From assembly GCA_965217125.1 (NCBI GenBank), contig OZ244244.1:719358-783357 (forward strand): a stretch of 64,000 bases of DNA. Reading direction: 5' to 3'. Positions 44,355-55,093 of the stretch are shown here, in pieces. Origin of the DNA: Gammaproteobacteria bacterium (GTDB lineage Bacteria > Pseudomonadota > Gammaproteobacteria > PS1 > Pseudothioglobaceae). Below the pieces are notes generated by a model. It saw only the letters and a list, made by a program, of their open reading frames with translations. It was not told the origin of the DNA and did not search any database. A program made the position numbers and the translations under genes. The first letter of the stretch is position 1, and each line of letters starts with the position of its first letter.

Positions 44355-46866
44355 AGAATTAAATACGCTGGCTGAATACGGTGCAATAGTTGATAAAAAA
44401 TATCCTTTTATTGATGATAATCTTAATCCAAAATTAGCATTAAGAGATTATCAAAAACAAGCCTTTAATCGCTTTTATTTTTATTTTGAAAGCGATAAAA
44501 AACCTAATAGCAATGTCCACTTAGCTTATCACATGGCAACAGGTAGCGGTAAAACTGTAGTGATGGCAGGGCTTATTCTTTATCTTTATGAACATGGTTA
44601 TCGTAATTTTTTGTTTTTTGTTAATCGTGGGCAAATTGTTGAAAAAACCAAAGATAACTTCATCAATCAACAATCTAATAAATATCTTTTTAACGATAAA
44701 ATTATTATTGATAATAAGCAAGTAGAGCTTAGGGCGGTTGATAATTTTTCTTATTCTTCGGGCGATGATATAAACATTTGTTTTACCACTATTCAAGAGC
44801 TTTTTAGTGATTTTCATAATGAAAAAGAAAACTCATTAACACTTGAAGATTTTAAAGAAAATAAAATAGCCTTAATTGCTGATGAGGCTCATCATATTAG
44901 TGCTAGCACTAAAAAACAAATTGATTGGTTAAAACCCAGCTGGGAAAATACCGTAGAAAAAATCTTTAAAGAACACCGCCAAGACAATATTTTATTAGAA
45001 TTTAGTGCCACCATAGAATTAGATAACAGAGCCGTAAAAGAAAAATACTTAGACAAGATTATTTACCAATATGATTTACAAAGTTTTGTTAAAGATGGTT
45101 TTAGTAAAAAAATTGATTTATTCAAAAGCGATACCAACAAAAAAACACGCATTGGACAGGCGTTAATTGCCTCAATTTATCGCGAGCAGGTGGCAATTAA
45201 ATATGGCTTAAATATCAAGCCTGTGGTTTTATTTAAGTCTGCAAAAATAGCACAAAGCATACAAAACCAAGTTGATTTTCATAAGCAGATTGAAAATTTA
45301 TCGGCAGCAGATTTAGCAAGCATTAAAGACAATAGCAATATTGAGGTTTTGCAAAATGCGTTTAAATTTTTCATTAAGCAAGAAATCAGCCTTAATGCCT
45401 TAGCGGATAAAATAAAACACGCTTTTGATGAGAAAAAATGCTTATGCACCAATAATGATAAGGAATTAGAGTTGAATCAAAAACGCCTCAATAATTTAGA
45501 AGATAATAATAATGCCATCAGGGCGATATTTAGCGTTGACAAGCTCAATGAGGGCTGGGATGTGTTAAATTTGTTTGATATTGTGCGATTATATGAAGGG
45601 CAGAGTCGTGGCGGCTCACAAGGCAGAAAAATAAGCAATAAAACTGTTAGCGAGGCACAATTAGTGGGTAGAGGGGCGAGATACTGCCCATTTATAATAA
45701 AATTTGACGATGACAAGTATAGGCGCAAGTTTGATGACGATATTAAAAATGAATTAAGAATATTAGAGGAATTGTATTTTCACAGTAGCAATGAAAGCCA
45801 ATATATTAGTGAAATTAAGCAAGCATTAATAGAGCAAGGCTTAATGGATGAAAAAGGCAAAGAGCCTGTTAAATTACCCCTTAAATTAAAAGACAAACCC
45901 AAGTTAGCCAATAAATTAATTTTTAAGAATCAGCGCAGGGAAAAATCTTACAAACATATTAAAAATTTTGCAGATTTTGGCATGGTTAAGACTAATTTTA
46001 ATTATGATGTTCATAGTGGCAAAGGTGCATTGATTGATGTTTTTGATAATCAAGAAGATAGGCAAAAAACCTGTAAAAATGATGAAAATTTTATTAATTT
46101 TGTTGGGGTAAATATCGTTAAAAATGCGATATTAAGCAATGATTTTTTTAGCTTTGCTAATCTTAAAAAATCTTTCCCTAATTTGTCATCTATCAATGAA
46201 TTTATAAGCAGTAATGATTATATGGCGCAGTTAGGCATAACCATTAGCAATAAAACTGATGATTTGCAGCCTAAAATTAAACTTAATGTCGCTTTATCAG
46301 TGCTGAATATACTGCAACAAGAAATTAAAGGCAACATTACTAATTATCAAGGCACAAAAGAGTTTGATGGCTTTAATGTTGGCAAGATATTTAATGAAAA
46401 AACGCTATTAATTCCACGCGACAAACAAAAAACAATATTAGATATTCCTCATGATTGGTTTGTATTTGAAAAGTTTTACGGCACCAGTGAAGAAAAATCT
46501 CTTATTGAGTTAATTGCTAGATTGATAAAAGATGTGCAAAGCCAATATAGCGATATTTATTTAATGAGGAATGAGCGACATTTTGCCTTATATGATTTTG
46601 AACAAGGCAGGCGATTTGAGCCAGATTTTGTTTTGTTAGCAAAAAGCAATAAGAGTATTAATTATCAATTTTTTATAGAGCCAAAAGGCAGGTATTTACA
46701 AGCACAAGACAAATGGAAGCAGGATTTTTTACTGGATATTAAGCAAAAAGCCAAGACAACATTAGAATACACTAATCAAAATTATAAAATTATCGGATTA
46801 GAGTTTTATAATAAAGAGGATGAGAATATCTTTAAATCTAAGCTTTCTGCGGAATTAAGCATTTAA
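44332..46866 (+). CDS. res: Type III restriction enzyme Res-like helicase-nuclease
   Basis: Walker A HMATGSGKTVVMAG, DEAH box LIADEAHHIS, helicase C motifs (VDKLNEGWDV, VGRGAR), and a C-terminal PD-(D/E)xK-like FEPDFVLL...FFIEPKG. Confidence 0.8.
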   Translation: MSDKFLFEELNTLAEYGAIVDKKYPFIDDNLNPKLALRDYQKQAFNRFYFYFESDKKPNSNVHLAYHMATGSGKTVVMAGLILYLYEHGYRNFLFFVNRGQIVEKTKDNFINQQSNKYLFNDKIIIDNKQVELRAVDNFSYSSGDDINICFTTIQELFSDFHNEKENSLTLEDFKENKIALIADEAHHISASTKKQIDWLKPSWENTVEKIFKEHRQDNILLEFSATIELDNRAVKEKYLDKIIYQYDLQSFVKDGFSKKIDLFKSDTNKKTRIGQALIASIYREQVAIKYGLNIKPVVLFKSAKIAQSIQNQVDFHKQIENLSAADLASIKDNSNIEVLQNAFKFFIKQEISLNALADKIKHAFDEKKCLCTNNDKELELNQKRLNNLEDNNNAIRAIFSVDKLNEGWDVLNLFDIVRLYEGQSRGGSQGRKISNKTVSEAQLVGRGARYCPFIIKFDDDKYRRKFDDDIKNELRILEELYFHSSNESQYISEIKQALIEQGLMDEKGKEPVKLPLKLKDKPKLANKLIFKNQRREKSYKHIKNFADFGMVKTNFNYDVHSGKGALIDVFDNQEDRQKTCKNDENFINFVGVNIVKNAILSNDFFSFANLKKSFPNLSSINEFISSNDYMAQLGITISNKTDDLQPKIKLNVALSVLNILQQEIKGNITNYQGTKEFDGFNVGKIFNEKTLLIPRDKQKTILDIPHDWFVFEKFYGTSEEKSLIELIARLIKDVQSQYSDIYLMRNERHFALYDFEQGRRFEPDFVLLAKSNKSINYQFFIEPKGRYLQAQDKWKQDFLLDIKQKAKTTLEYTNQNYKIIGLEFYNKEDENIFKSKLSAELSI

Positions 46867-46911
46867 TAAAAAATTCAATTAAAATCACATAATCTAACAC
46901 ACAAACTTTAA

Positions 46912-47376
46912 ATATTCAGAAAAGAGCCGTTTAAGTTGTCATGACCCAAGGTTTTTATGGAAAATAAACTAACTTTAAAAGATGAGTTAACAGAATTTTT
47001 ACTTTACAACACTCCTAACGGTGAGGTGAGGGTAGAAATACTGTTGCATAATGAAACAATATGGCTGCCACAAAAACGCATCGCGCAGCTTTTTAATGTT
47101 GCTACTAATACGGTAAATGAGCACTTAAAAAATATTTATCAATCACAAGAATTGACGCAAGATTCAACTATTCGGAAATTCCGAATAGTTGGACAAGAAG
47201 GCGACAGAGAAGTAGTTAGATTAACTAAATTTTATAACTTAGATGCGATTTTATCAGTTGGCTATCGGGTAAATTCGCAGCAAGCAACTCAATTTAGAAT
47301 TTGGGCGACTAAAACCTTAAAAGAATACATTATTAAAGGTTTTGCGATGGATGATGAGCGTCTTAAAAATGGGCGT
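46912..47376 (+). repeat. ~465-nt direct repeat, left copy (rhuM upstream region plus first 140 codons)
   Basis: Near-identical to 55094-55570. The protein level shows 1 aa difference in 138 (T69 vs K69). Confidence 0.9.
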
Positions 47377-47427
47377 ATTTATGTAAAAGGCAATTTAAGT
47401 CGTTATTTGATTCCTAATGTTTTTTAA
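46957..47427 (+). pseudogene. Truncated RhuM-family gene (5' duplicate of 55151..56170)
   Basis: The first 138 aa are essentially identical to the full copy. It diverges after ...DDERLKNGR into a 17-aa unrelated tail. Confidence 0.85.
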
Positions 47428-47432
47428 GAATA

Positions 47433-49706
47433 ATGAAAACAAATATTAGCCTTTATTTAGACAAAGTTATTGAAAAATCAAACAATAAAATCAATCGTGA
47501 TTTTGATTTTTTAAATATTGACAGGGTTAATATTTTTCTGACTAAACAGGTATTAGAAAGAGAATGTAACTTATGGTTTAAGGTTAATAACGAGTATTTG
47601 AACAAATTTTATGAAGCTATTATTTTTGCCACTTCTGTCTATTTTTTTGAAAAAAATTATTGTGAAGACAAAGAAACAAAACCAAAAAAAGGCGATAAAT
47701 ATAAAAACAAAAGAAGGCAATTTAAGGTATTAAGCATTGAATATGATGATAGCCGTCAGTGCGAGATCGTTAAATTACAGGGAATAAGCAGGGGGAATTC
47801 TGCAATAGTATCTCTTAATCTCAAAGATTTAGATGATAGTTATACAAAATTATCTGATAAGGCGACAAAAAACACCAAAATACCAATCAAATCGATGCTC
47901 AATTTTTTTAAAAAAACATTAAATATAACAGAACAAATACCGTCTTTTCCTCATAAATTCGCCATTGTTACTCAAAAAAATGATTTTGAAAATTGTTTTA
48001 GGATATTAGATAAAAAAATATTTCCTTATATTTATATTGCAGATAGCGGGCATGAAACACCTAATTTACCTTTAGCAGATTGTATGTTTTATGTAGCATT
48101 AAGTTATGAAACTATTAAAACATATATTTTTGATGAGGATATTAAAGTAGAAAGTCTTATTTTTATTGGCAATAAATACAATCATCAAATCCAACAAGAT
48201 ATTAATAGAGAATATTTTAAACGAGCAATTTTCGTTGGCGAACAAGAACCAGATGTGGAATGTTTGAAATGGTGCTGGACTTTACCAGAATATCAATATT
48301 TTGAGAATTTAATACAAGGTGAAGTTAAAATTACTGAAGTCAAGAATGCAGAATTAACACAATTAACCCAAGGTTTTACAAATTATCTTCAAACATTAGA
48401 AAAAGATTATTATGTTGATTTAAAAAGATTATTTACCTATATTTCCTATACTTATCCCTTGGTTGTTTTGACAGATGATAGTCGCTTGCAAAATAGAGTA
48501 GAGGATTTATTACATAGTTTTAAAATAAAATCAGAGCAAATATTGGGCGAAAAATTTAGTAGTACTGGCGAGGATTGCACAGAAATTCATCAACAATTAG
48601 TTAGGGATTATGGTGTTATTTTAAAGCAATTTAATTGGGCCAATAATGCCAAGACTAAAGCCCTGAAACAACAAAAAGAAACTGATTATTTATTAGTGCC
48701 AGAACGCCAAACCTTAGAGGTTTGGAAAAGTGAAATTAAAAAACTTAACTGGCAAAAAGTAAAAATTATCTCCTTTCGCAGCTTAAAAATAATACCAAAA
48801 CAAAGCAATATTACCGTTTTATCAATCAAAGATTATGATTTTTATTGCCATTTAAAAAATAGTAATCATCATATTTATTGGCTGCTTTATGACCAAGAAC
48901 AACGATGCTATGATAATTTTACTAAACGATACGATAATGAATTAACCCAAGAACTTAACTCAAAAGATAGGAAGAAATTAACAGGTATAGAGTATCCTAA
49001 TGAAATTAAAACAGAAGGAATTGATGATTTAATAGGCAGGATTTGGGGCAATGAAACGCATGCAAGAGAACATACAATTACTTATCAAGATCATATTGAT
49101 AAAAAGATTGTTTTTACTGATAATACGGCAGTAGAATTATCAGCAAATAGTAGTGTTATATGGATTAACAATAAAAATAAACCTCGAAAGTATAAAGTAG
49201 CTGATTTAACTATTGGCGATAAAATAAGAATTTATGAAAATCAACACAAGGAAGTTTTATTTGATTCTATTATCCAAAATGACACAAATGGTAAATTTAA
49301 TAAAATTTTAGAGTGTTCTAAATTATGGAAAAAAATTCTAACTGATTATTGTGCTGATGATAAAACAGGCAAAATAAATGAAATTGCTGATTTATGCGAT
49401 GTTGTATTTTTAACGGCTGAGGGTTGGTTAAAAAAATCAAAAACTAAATTCCCTAAAAACATCAAGCCATTAAGAAATATTTTAGGTGCAAATTATGGTG
49501 AAATTTATCAAAATAACAAGCACTATAATAGTATTATGATTGCATTAGGTAGAGATTTAAGCGATGAAGTATCTGATTATATTATTAGAAAGCAAAAAGG
49601 TGAGTTATTGAGTAAATTTGATGATGTTTTAATTAACAAAATTTCAGAACACAATATGCCAATTAAAACTATTAAAAAAATAGAAATTATAGATAGAGAC
49701 AGATAA
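47433..49706 (+). CDS. Large protein of unknown function (757 aa); DrmE-like by position and size only
   Basis: No motif recognised by eye. Stop overlaps the drmA-like ATG by 1 nt (TAATG). Class 2 DISARM loci carry a domain-less drmE directly upstream of drmA. Confidence 0.35.
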   Translation: MKTNISLYLDKVIEKSNNKINRDFDFLNIDRVNIFLTKQVLERECNLWFKVNNEYLNKFYEAIIFATSVYFFEKNYCEDKETKPKKGDKYKNKRRQFKVLSIEYDDSRQCEIVKLQGISRGNSAIVSLNLKDLDDSYTKLSDKATKNTKIPIKSMLNFFKKTLNITEQIPSFPHKFAIVTQKNDFENCFRILDKKIFPYIYIADSGHETPNLPLADCMFYVALSYETIKTYIFDEDIKVESLIFIGNKYNHQIQQDINREYFKRAIFVGEQEPDVECLKWCWTLPEYQYFENLIQGEVKITEVKNAELTQLTQGFTNYLQTLEKDYYVDLKRLFTYISYTYPLVVLTDDSRLQNRVEDLLHSFKIKSEQILGEKFSSTGEDCTEIHQQLVRDYGVILKQFNWANNAKTKALKQQKETDYLLVPERQTLEVWKSEIKKLNWQKVKIISFRSLKIIPKQSNITVLSIKDYDFYCHLKNSNHHIYWLLYDQEQRCYDNFTKRYDNELTQELNSKDRKKLTGIEYPNEIKTEGIDDLIGRIWGNETHAREHTITYQDHIDKKIVFTDNTAVELSANSSVIWINNKNKPRKYKVADLTIGDKIRIYENQHKEVLFDSIIQNDTNGKFNKILECSKLWKKILTDYCADDKTGKINEIADLCDVVFLTAEGWLKKSKTKFPKNIKPLRNILGANYGEIYQNNKHYNSIMIALGRDLSDEVSDYIIRKQKGELLSKFDDVLINKISEHNMPIKTIKKIEIIDRDR

Positions 49707-52700
49707 TGGCAAAAGAACAGATAGAGATATTTACAAAGACTATTACAGAACAATTATTAGGACCTGGGTCTGATGTGTTTTATGGTGATAATGAGCATGA
49801 AATTATTGGCGAGTTTCCACTTAGAAGATACTATACAGGTGTTTTATTTCCTAACAAAATAACAAATAACCAAGAGGAAAAAGACACAAATATAGCAGAG
49901 GATTCTGGTGAAAACTTAGCAATTTATGAAACTCAAGACGATAACGAAACTGAACAAGGAGACGAGCAAGAACCAAAAAAAGATATAAAAGATGATGAAA
50001 AAGAAGACACTGGCTTGTATAATCATTTTCACCCATCCGATATGGGCATTAGTTTTTGCGTGGATAAACAAGTTGAAACTTTAGCGGTTAATTTTTCTTT
50101 TGCAACTTATAAACAAGCCAAACAAACTGAAGTTAAAGTTAATATGGCAGTAAATGCTTATCATACTTTGATAGATGATAAATATAGTTTTCCTTTTAAA
50201 GATATTTTGCAATATGAAAAGATTGACGAGCAAAACGGTCATTTATCATTAGCAAGGAAATTGAAAGGAGATAAAAAAGGTAAGGCGAGAACCAAAGAAT
50301 ATCAAATATTTGATGATTGGCAAAAATCAATAGATACAGAACATAGAGAAATTCTACGCCCATTATATGAGAAATTTAATAAAATTATTGGCAGATTGTG
50401 GCAAAGAACAGCCGTCACTATTACTGAAAATATTAAATTAGAGGCTAATAATGAACCTACATTATTTGCTGATTTTCAAAAAGCAGGTTGGACACTTAAA
50501 ACTTACCAAAAAGATAAGCAAAAATATATTAAAGTCCAATTAGTAAACTTATTTGAAGCCATTCCTAATAATCAATTTTCTAATAGCAAAGAGCAGTTAA
50601 ATGAATCATGTTTATTCCAAGCAGAAATTAGCATTCATTCTGATAAATTGTTATCTTATAAGCCTTATGACAGCAATCAAAATGATTTTGATAAAGAAAA
50701 ACAAACGCTAGATTTTCTATATAGGGAAGTTAAGCATTTTGCCATAGGTCACCATTGTAGCGCACTCTGGGAGCCGTTAGAAAAACCCGATAAAGTAATA
50801 ACATCTTTTCTGCCTACCTATGATTTAAAAAGTACCGAAACCAAAATTAAAAATTTTGTTAATATTCCATTATTTGATTTATCTATTTGGGGCAAAAATC
50901 AAACAGAAATCATCCAAGGTTTAGATAGTTTTATTAATAAATACCTTGGTTGGATTAAAAAACAAAAGCAAGACAATGATGCTAATACTGATATTGGCAA
51001 AAATATTATTAGCAATTTAGAGACAACTGCTAATAGGTTAAAAGAGGGAGTGCAATTATTAGCCAACAATCAGCAATTATTTAAAGCCTTTCAATATGCT
51101 AATACAGCGATGTTATTGCAATTTTCACTAAAAGATGATTTTTACCAAAACATACAAAAAGCAGAAAAAACACAATGCCCTTGTAGTGAAGAGCAAAAGC
51201 AAAAAATAACTTATCATCCCTTTCAATTGGCTTTTTTCCTGCTAAGTTTAGAGAGCAGTATTAACCCCCAATCAAACCACCGGACGGAAGCAGTTGATTT
51301 AATTTGGTTTCCAACAGGCGGTGGTAAAACCGAAGCCTATTTAGCGGTGGCTGCTTTGACTGTTATCTGGCGAAGAATGACTAATGAAAAATATCAAGGC
51401 GTATCCGTTATTATGCGTTACACTTTGCGATTATTAACCGCACAGCAATTTGAAAGAGCAACCAAACTCATTACCGTTTTAGAATATTTACGACAACAAT
51501 TTGAGAGTGATTTAAAGTCTGAAAAAATTAGTATTGGTTTATGGATTGGTAGCTTATCAACACCTAATAAGCTTGAAGATGCTAAAAAAGCAACAAAACA
51601 AATAACCGAAAAAGGCAGTGACGCTAATAAATTTCAAATTGACAACTGTCCATGGTGTAATGAAAAATTAATCAAAGAAAATGGGACAACCCACACACAT
51701 GCTTTTGACGCAAGAAGTCGAGATTTAAAAATAAAATGTCTTAATAAGGGCTGTTGTTTTTCTAAAAGTAGTGGCTTGCCTGTGCAAGTTGTTGATGAGG
51801 TTTTATATAATCAACCACCGACTTTATTATTTGCGACTGTTGATAAGATAGCAAGGTTAAGTTGGCAAGAAAAAGGGCATCAATTTTTTAATAGTTTGGG
51901 CGATGAAAACGATTTACCGCCTGATTTAATTATCCAAGATGAATTGCACTTATTAACAGGCCCCTTAGGCTCAATTGTGGGTTTATTTGAAGCGGTCATT
52001 GAGGATTTATGCACTAAAAATAACAGCAGCCCTAAAATTATTGCCTCTACTGCGACTACTCGCAATACATCAGAACAAGTTAAACAATTATATGGTAATA
52101 GGGCGGTCAATATTTTTCCACCATCTGGACTAACCTATGATAATAGTTTTTTCTTTAAAGAATCCAAAGACAGCAACCGTCAATATTTGGGTTTTATGCC
52201 CACAGGTAAAACAGGAATAGATACTCAAATCCACTTATTAACTGTATTGTTTATTGCTCGGCTAAAAACTTATCTAAAAAATGAAGAACAAAATGACCCT
52301 TATTGGACTTTGGTGTCTTATTATAATAGTTTAAGAAGCGTGGGTAGGATGTCTAATAAAGTTGGCGATGAAATACAAACACTTATTAAGCAAACCCAAA
52401 AGCGCTTACAACTAGCTCAGTATGGTTTTAATTATTTTGGTTTAAAAGGCAGAACTAGAGAATTAACCTCTAGGATTGACAGTGCAAAAATCAAACAAAA
52501 TTTAGACCAATTGGAACAAAATTTTGCACTAGATAAGCCCAATGATAATGGTTATCAGAATGTTAAAAAAGAAGTTGTGGATTTAGTATTAGCAACTAAT
52601 ATGCTCTCGGTAGGCATTGATATAGATAGATTAAATATGATGATGATTAATGGTATGCCCAGAAATACCGCAGAATATATTCAAGCTTCATCACGGGTGG

Positions 52701-53215
52701 GCAGGAAAGATAAAGGTTTAGTATTAGCATTTTTTGATGCAAATCGTGCTCGGGATAAATCTTATTTTGAGCATTTTTTATCATTTCATCAATCACTTTA
52801 TAAACAAATTGAACCATTAAGCATTACCCCATTTACCCAAAATACTATTGATAAAATGATAGCCAGTTTGATGGTAACTTATGTGCGTCACAAACAAAAC
52901 CTTAATAAAAATAAGGATATTGAACATTTTACTCAAGACCATATCAAAGATTTAAAAATATTACTTAAAAGGCGTTTTCCTGATAATGAGAATATGCAAT
53001 TTTGTATTGACAAATTAGACAGATTAACCAATGATTGGCTGGAAAAAATACAACAAGAAGACCCATATAAACAATATTCTGGTAAAGATAGTGCGTTGTT
53101 AGCAAAACCAGATAGTAAAGATTCATTAGCCGACACTAAATGGGTAGTTATGCAATCAATGCGTGATATTGATAGTAGCAGTTTTATTCAAATACAACAA
53201 AATTATGAGCAGTAA
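49706..53215 (+). CDS. drmA: DISARM DrmA-like superfamily-2 helicase
   Basis: Motif I WFPTGGGKTEAYL, motif II IIQDELHLLTGPLG, ASTAT, motif VI YIQASSRVGRKDKG, and a Zn-ribbon CPWCNEKL...CLNKGCC. Followed by a separate DUF1998 gene. Confidence 0.65.
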   Translation: MAKEQIEIFTKTITEQLLGPGSDVFYGDNEHEIIGEFPLRRYYTGVLFPNKITNNQEEKDTNIAEDSGENLAIYETQDDNETEQGDEQEPKKDIKDDEKEDTGLYNHFHPSDMGISFCVDKQVETLAVNFSFATYKQAKQTEVKVNMAVNAYHTLIDDKYSFPFKDILQYEKIDEQNGHLSLARKLKGDKKGKARTKEYQIFDDWQKSIDTEHREILRPLYEKFNKIIGRLWQRTAVTITENIKLEANNEPTLFADFQKAGWTLKTYQKDKQKYIKVQLVNLFEAIPNNQFSNSKEQLNESCLFQAEISIHSDKLLSYKPYDSNQNDFDKEKQTLDFLYREVKHFAIGHHCSALWEPLEKPDKVITSFLPTYDLKSTETKIKNFVNIPLFDLSIWGKNQTEIIQGLDSFINKYLGWIKKQKQDNDANTDIGKNIISNLETTANRLKEGVQLLANNQQLFKAFQYANTAMLLQFSLKDDFYQNIQKAEKTQCPCSEEQKQKITYHPFQLAFFLLSLESSINPQSNHRTEAVDLIWFPTGGGKTEAYLAVAALTVIWRRMTNEKYQGVSVIMRYTLRLLTAQQFERATKLITVLEYLRQQFESDLKSEKISIGLWIGSLSTPNKLEDAKKATKQITEKGSDANKFQIDNCPWCNEKLIKENGTTHTHAFDARSRDLKIKCLNKGCCFSKSSGLPVQVVDEVLYNQPPTLLFATVDKIARLSWQEKGHQFFNSLGDENDLPPDLIIQDELHLLTGPLGSIVGLFEAVIEDLCTKNNSSPKIIASTATTRNTSEQVKQLYGNRAVNIFPPSGLTYDNSFFFKESKDSNRQYLGFMPTGKTGIDTQIHLLTVLFIARLKTYLKNEEQNDPYWTLVSYYNSLRSVGRMSNKVGDEIQTLIKQTQKRLQLAQYGFNYFGLKGRTRELTSRIDSAKIKQNLDQLEQNFALDKPNDNGYQNVKKEVVDLVLATNMLSVGIDIDRLNMMMINGMPRNTAEYIQASSRVGRKDKGLVLAFFDANRARDKSYFEHFLSFHQSLYKQIEPLSITPFTQNTIDKMIASLMVTYVRHKQNLNKNKDIEHFTQDHIKDLKILLKRRFPDNENMQFCIDKLDRLTNDWLEKIQQEDPYKQYSGKDSALLAKPDSKDSLADTKWVVMQSMRDIDSSSFIQIQQNYEQ

Positions 53216-55031
53216 ATTTATTCAAACATCAAGCAGAAAAATGATTAATGTTTTTGCTGGTGTTGGTGCTTTAGTGGAAGATATAAAAGGTGTTGTCAAG
53301 GTTTTACCCATTAATAGGTGGATATTTTTTACAAAAAATAAACATTCAGAAGAACAATACCACATTAATGATTATCGTTTATTGCAGCGTTTAAAAGATG
53401 ATAAAGGCTTCCCTAAGTTAAAGGCTTTAGTAAAAGCACCAACTAACACAACAAAAAGTTACACTGACCAGCAATACGCACAACCTACTGATTGGGAAAT
53501 AGTAGCGACCGCTGAATATTTTCCAAAATGGATGTTTTGCAGTAAATGTAGTCGCTTTAAGCATCTAAAAGATTGGTGGCAAAAGTGGGATAAAGCAATC
53601 AAACAATATGATAATAATAATACTAACAAAGCAAAAGATTTTTTTACGCCACCCAAATGTGGTCATTGTTATGAACAAGCAAAAAAGAATAGAAAAGGGC
53701 GGTGGTATCAAGAATTAACTCAAGTGCGATTTATTATGATTAGTTCCGATGGCAAAATTAGTGATGTGCCTTGGGGTAAGTGGCTTACTTTTACAAAACA
53801 AGCCAAACACGAAGAAGATAAAACCATAGATTTTAGTAGCTGGCAACCTTGTTGTGATAATCAAGATTTATATTATAAGCAAGGCGATTTTGAAGATTTA
53901 GCTGGTATCAATATTAGTTGTAAAAAATGTAATAAACGCTCAACGCTAACTGGTTTGTATGATTTGAGTTATTTTTCTGATAAAGAAAAGCAACATAGAT
54001 ACAAAATGGTTGTTCGTGCTAGTAATAGCGTTTATTATCCAATTTTGGTGCATAGTTTATATTTGCCTAGTGATAGCAGTATTAGTGATACTGACCAAGC
54101 AAAAATAGATAGATGGCTTGATAAAAACAAAACTATTGATTTTATGTTTGATGCTTTAGAAGAGCGTTACCCAAAATCTGAAATACAGAGTTATATGGAC
54201 ACAAAAGACAGCCAAAACTTTCAAAAAGAATTAGTTTATCGGCAAAAAGAGTACCAATTTATTTTAGAAAATACAGATTATAAACAAGATAATCTGACTT
54301 TTAGCCATCAAGAAGTAAATTTAACAAAAATTAGTCATTTAGTCAAAATATCTCGTTTAAAAATTACCACAGTACAAACAGGCTATACTCGACAACAGCC
54401 CTTAGATATTGATTTATTTTTAAATAATGAAATTGATACAATAAAGCCAAAATACACATCAGATAAAGCTGATAAAGCTGAATATTTATTAGGTATTGAG
54501 AATTTTGGTGAGGGTATTTTTATTGCCTTTAATGAAAATATTGCACAAAACTATTTAGCGGATAATCAAGAAAAAATACAAGCTGTTTTTAATAAAAGTA
54601 AAAAAAGTATCTTATTTAAGAATCATTTTAAAAATATAGAGCATTTGGCAAAATTTATGACTGTGCATACGATGTCGCATTTACTAATGAAAGAATTAGA
54701 ATTTTCTTGTGGCTATCCAACCGTTTCTTTAAGTGAGCGCTTATTTATTAATGATGAAAATATGCAGGGTGTTCTTATTTATACCGTAGGAGGCATGGAA
54801 GGCAGTTATGGTGGTTTAGCCTCACAAGCACAACCTGATAAATTTAAACAATTATTAGACAACGCTTTAGAACGAGCAAAAGATTGTGCTTCTGACCCAA
54901 TTTGCTACCACTCAGAAGGGCAAGGCGTTGGGGAAATGAATTTAGCCGCCTGTTATTCTTGTGCTTTAGTTGCTGAAAATGCCTGTGAGTTGTTTAATTC
55001 TTTTTTAGATAGAAGAAGTATTGCAAAATAA
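53205..55031 (+). CDS. drmB: DUF1998-domain protein (DISARM DrmB-like)
   Basis: C-terminal HTMSHLLMKELEFSCGYP...GGMEGSYGGL...DPICYHSEGQG..NLAACYSCAL, the DUF1998 signature with a Cys cluster. ATG 53205 overlaps the drmA-like stop by 11 nt and is preferred over the GTG at 53163. Confidence 0.7.
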   Translation: MSSKFIQTSSRKMINVFAGVGALVEDIKGVVKVLPINRWIFFTKNKHSEEQYHINDYRLLQRLKDDKGFPKLKALVKAPTNTTKSYTDQQYAQPTDWEIVATAEYFPKWMFCSKCSRFKHLKDWWQKWDKAIKQYDNNNTNKAKDFFTPPKCGHCYEQAKKNRKGRWYQELTQVRFIMISSDGKISDVPWGKWLTFTKQAKHEEDKTIDFSSWQPCCDNQDLYYKQGDFEDLAGINISCKKCNKRSTLTGLYDLSYFSDKEKQHRYKMVVRASNSVYYPILVHSLYLPSDSSISDTDQAKIDRWLDKNKTIDFMFDALEERYPKSEIQSYMDTKDSQNFQKELVYRQKEYQFILENTDYKQDNLTFSHQEVNLTKISHLVKISRLKITTVQTGYTRQQPLDIDLFLNNEIDTIKPKYTSDKADKAEYLLGIENFGEGIFIAFNENIAQNYLADNQEKIQAVFNKSKKSILFKNHFKNIEHLAKFMTVHTMSHLLMKELEFSCGYPTVSLSERLFINDENMQGVLIYTVGGMEGSYGGLASQAQPDKFKQLLDNALERAKDCASDPICYHSEGQGVGEMNLAACYSCALVAENACELFNSFLDRRSIAK

Positions 55032-55093
55032 TCAATAATTCACAACCCAATAACAGCCAAAATCAAGTATATATAAGAACGCACAGATTTGAG

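Noticed and set aside
53163-53204. The upstream GTG start of the DUF1998 gene given by the ORF track (MILIVAVLFKYNKI...), and similarly the TTG 40847 start for mod and the TTG 3572 start for msrA
   Set aside because: The extensions lie entirely inside upstream genes or leaders and encode implausible hydrophobic or odd peptides. In-frame ATGs (53205, 40910, 3587) give canonical N-termini and typical short overlaps.
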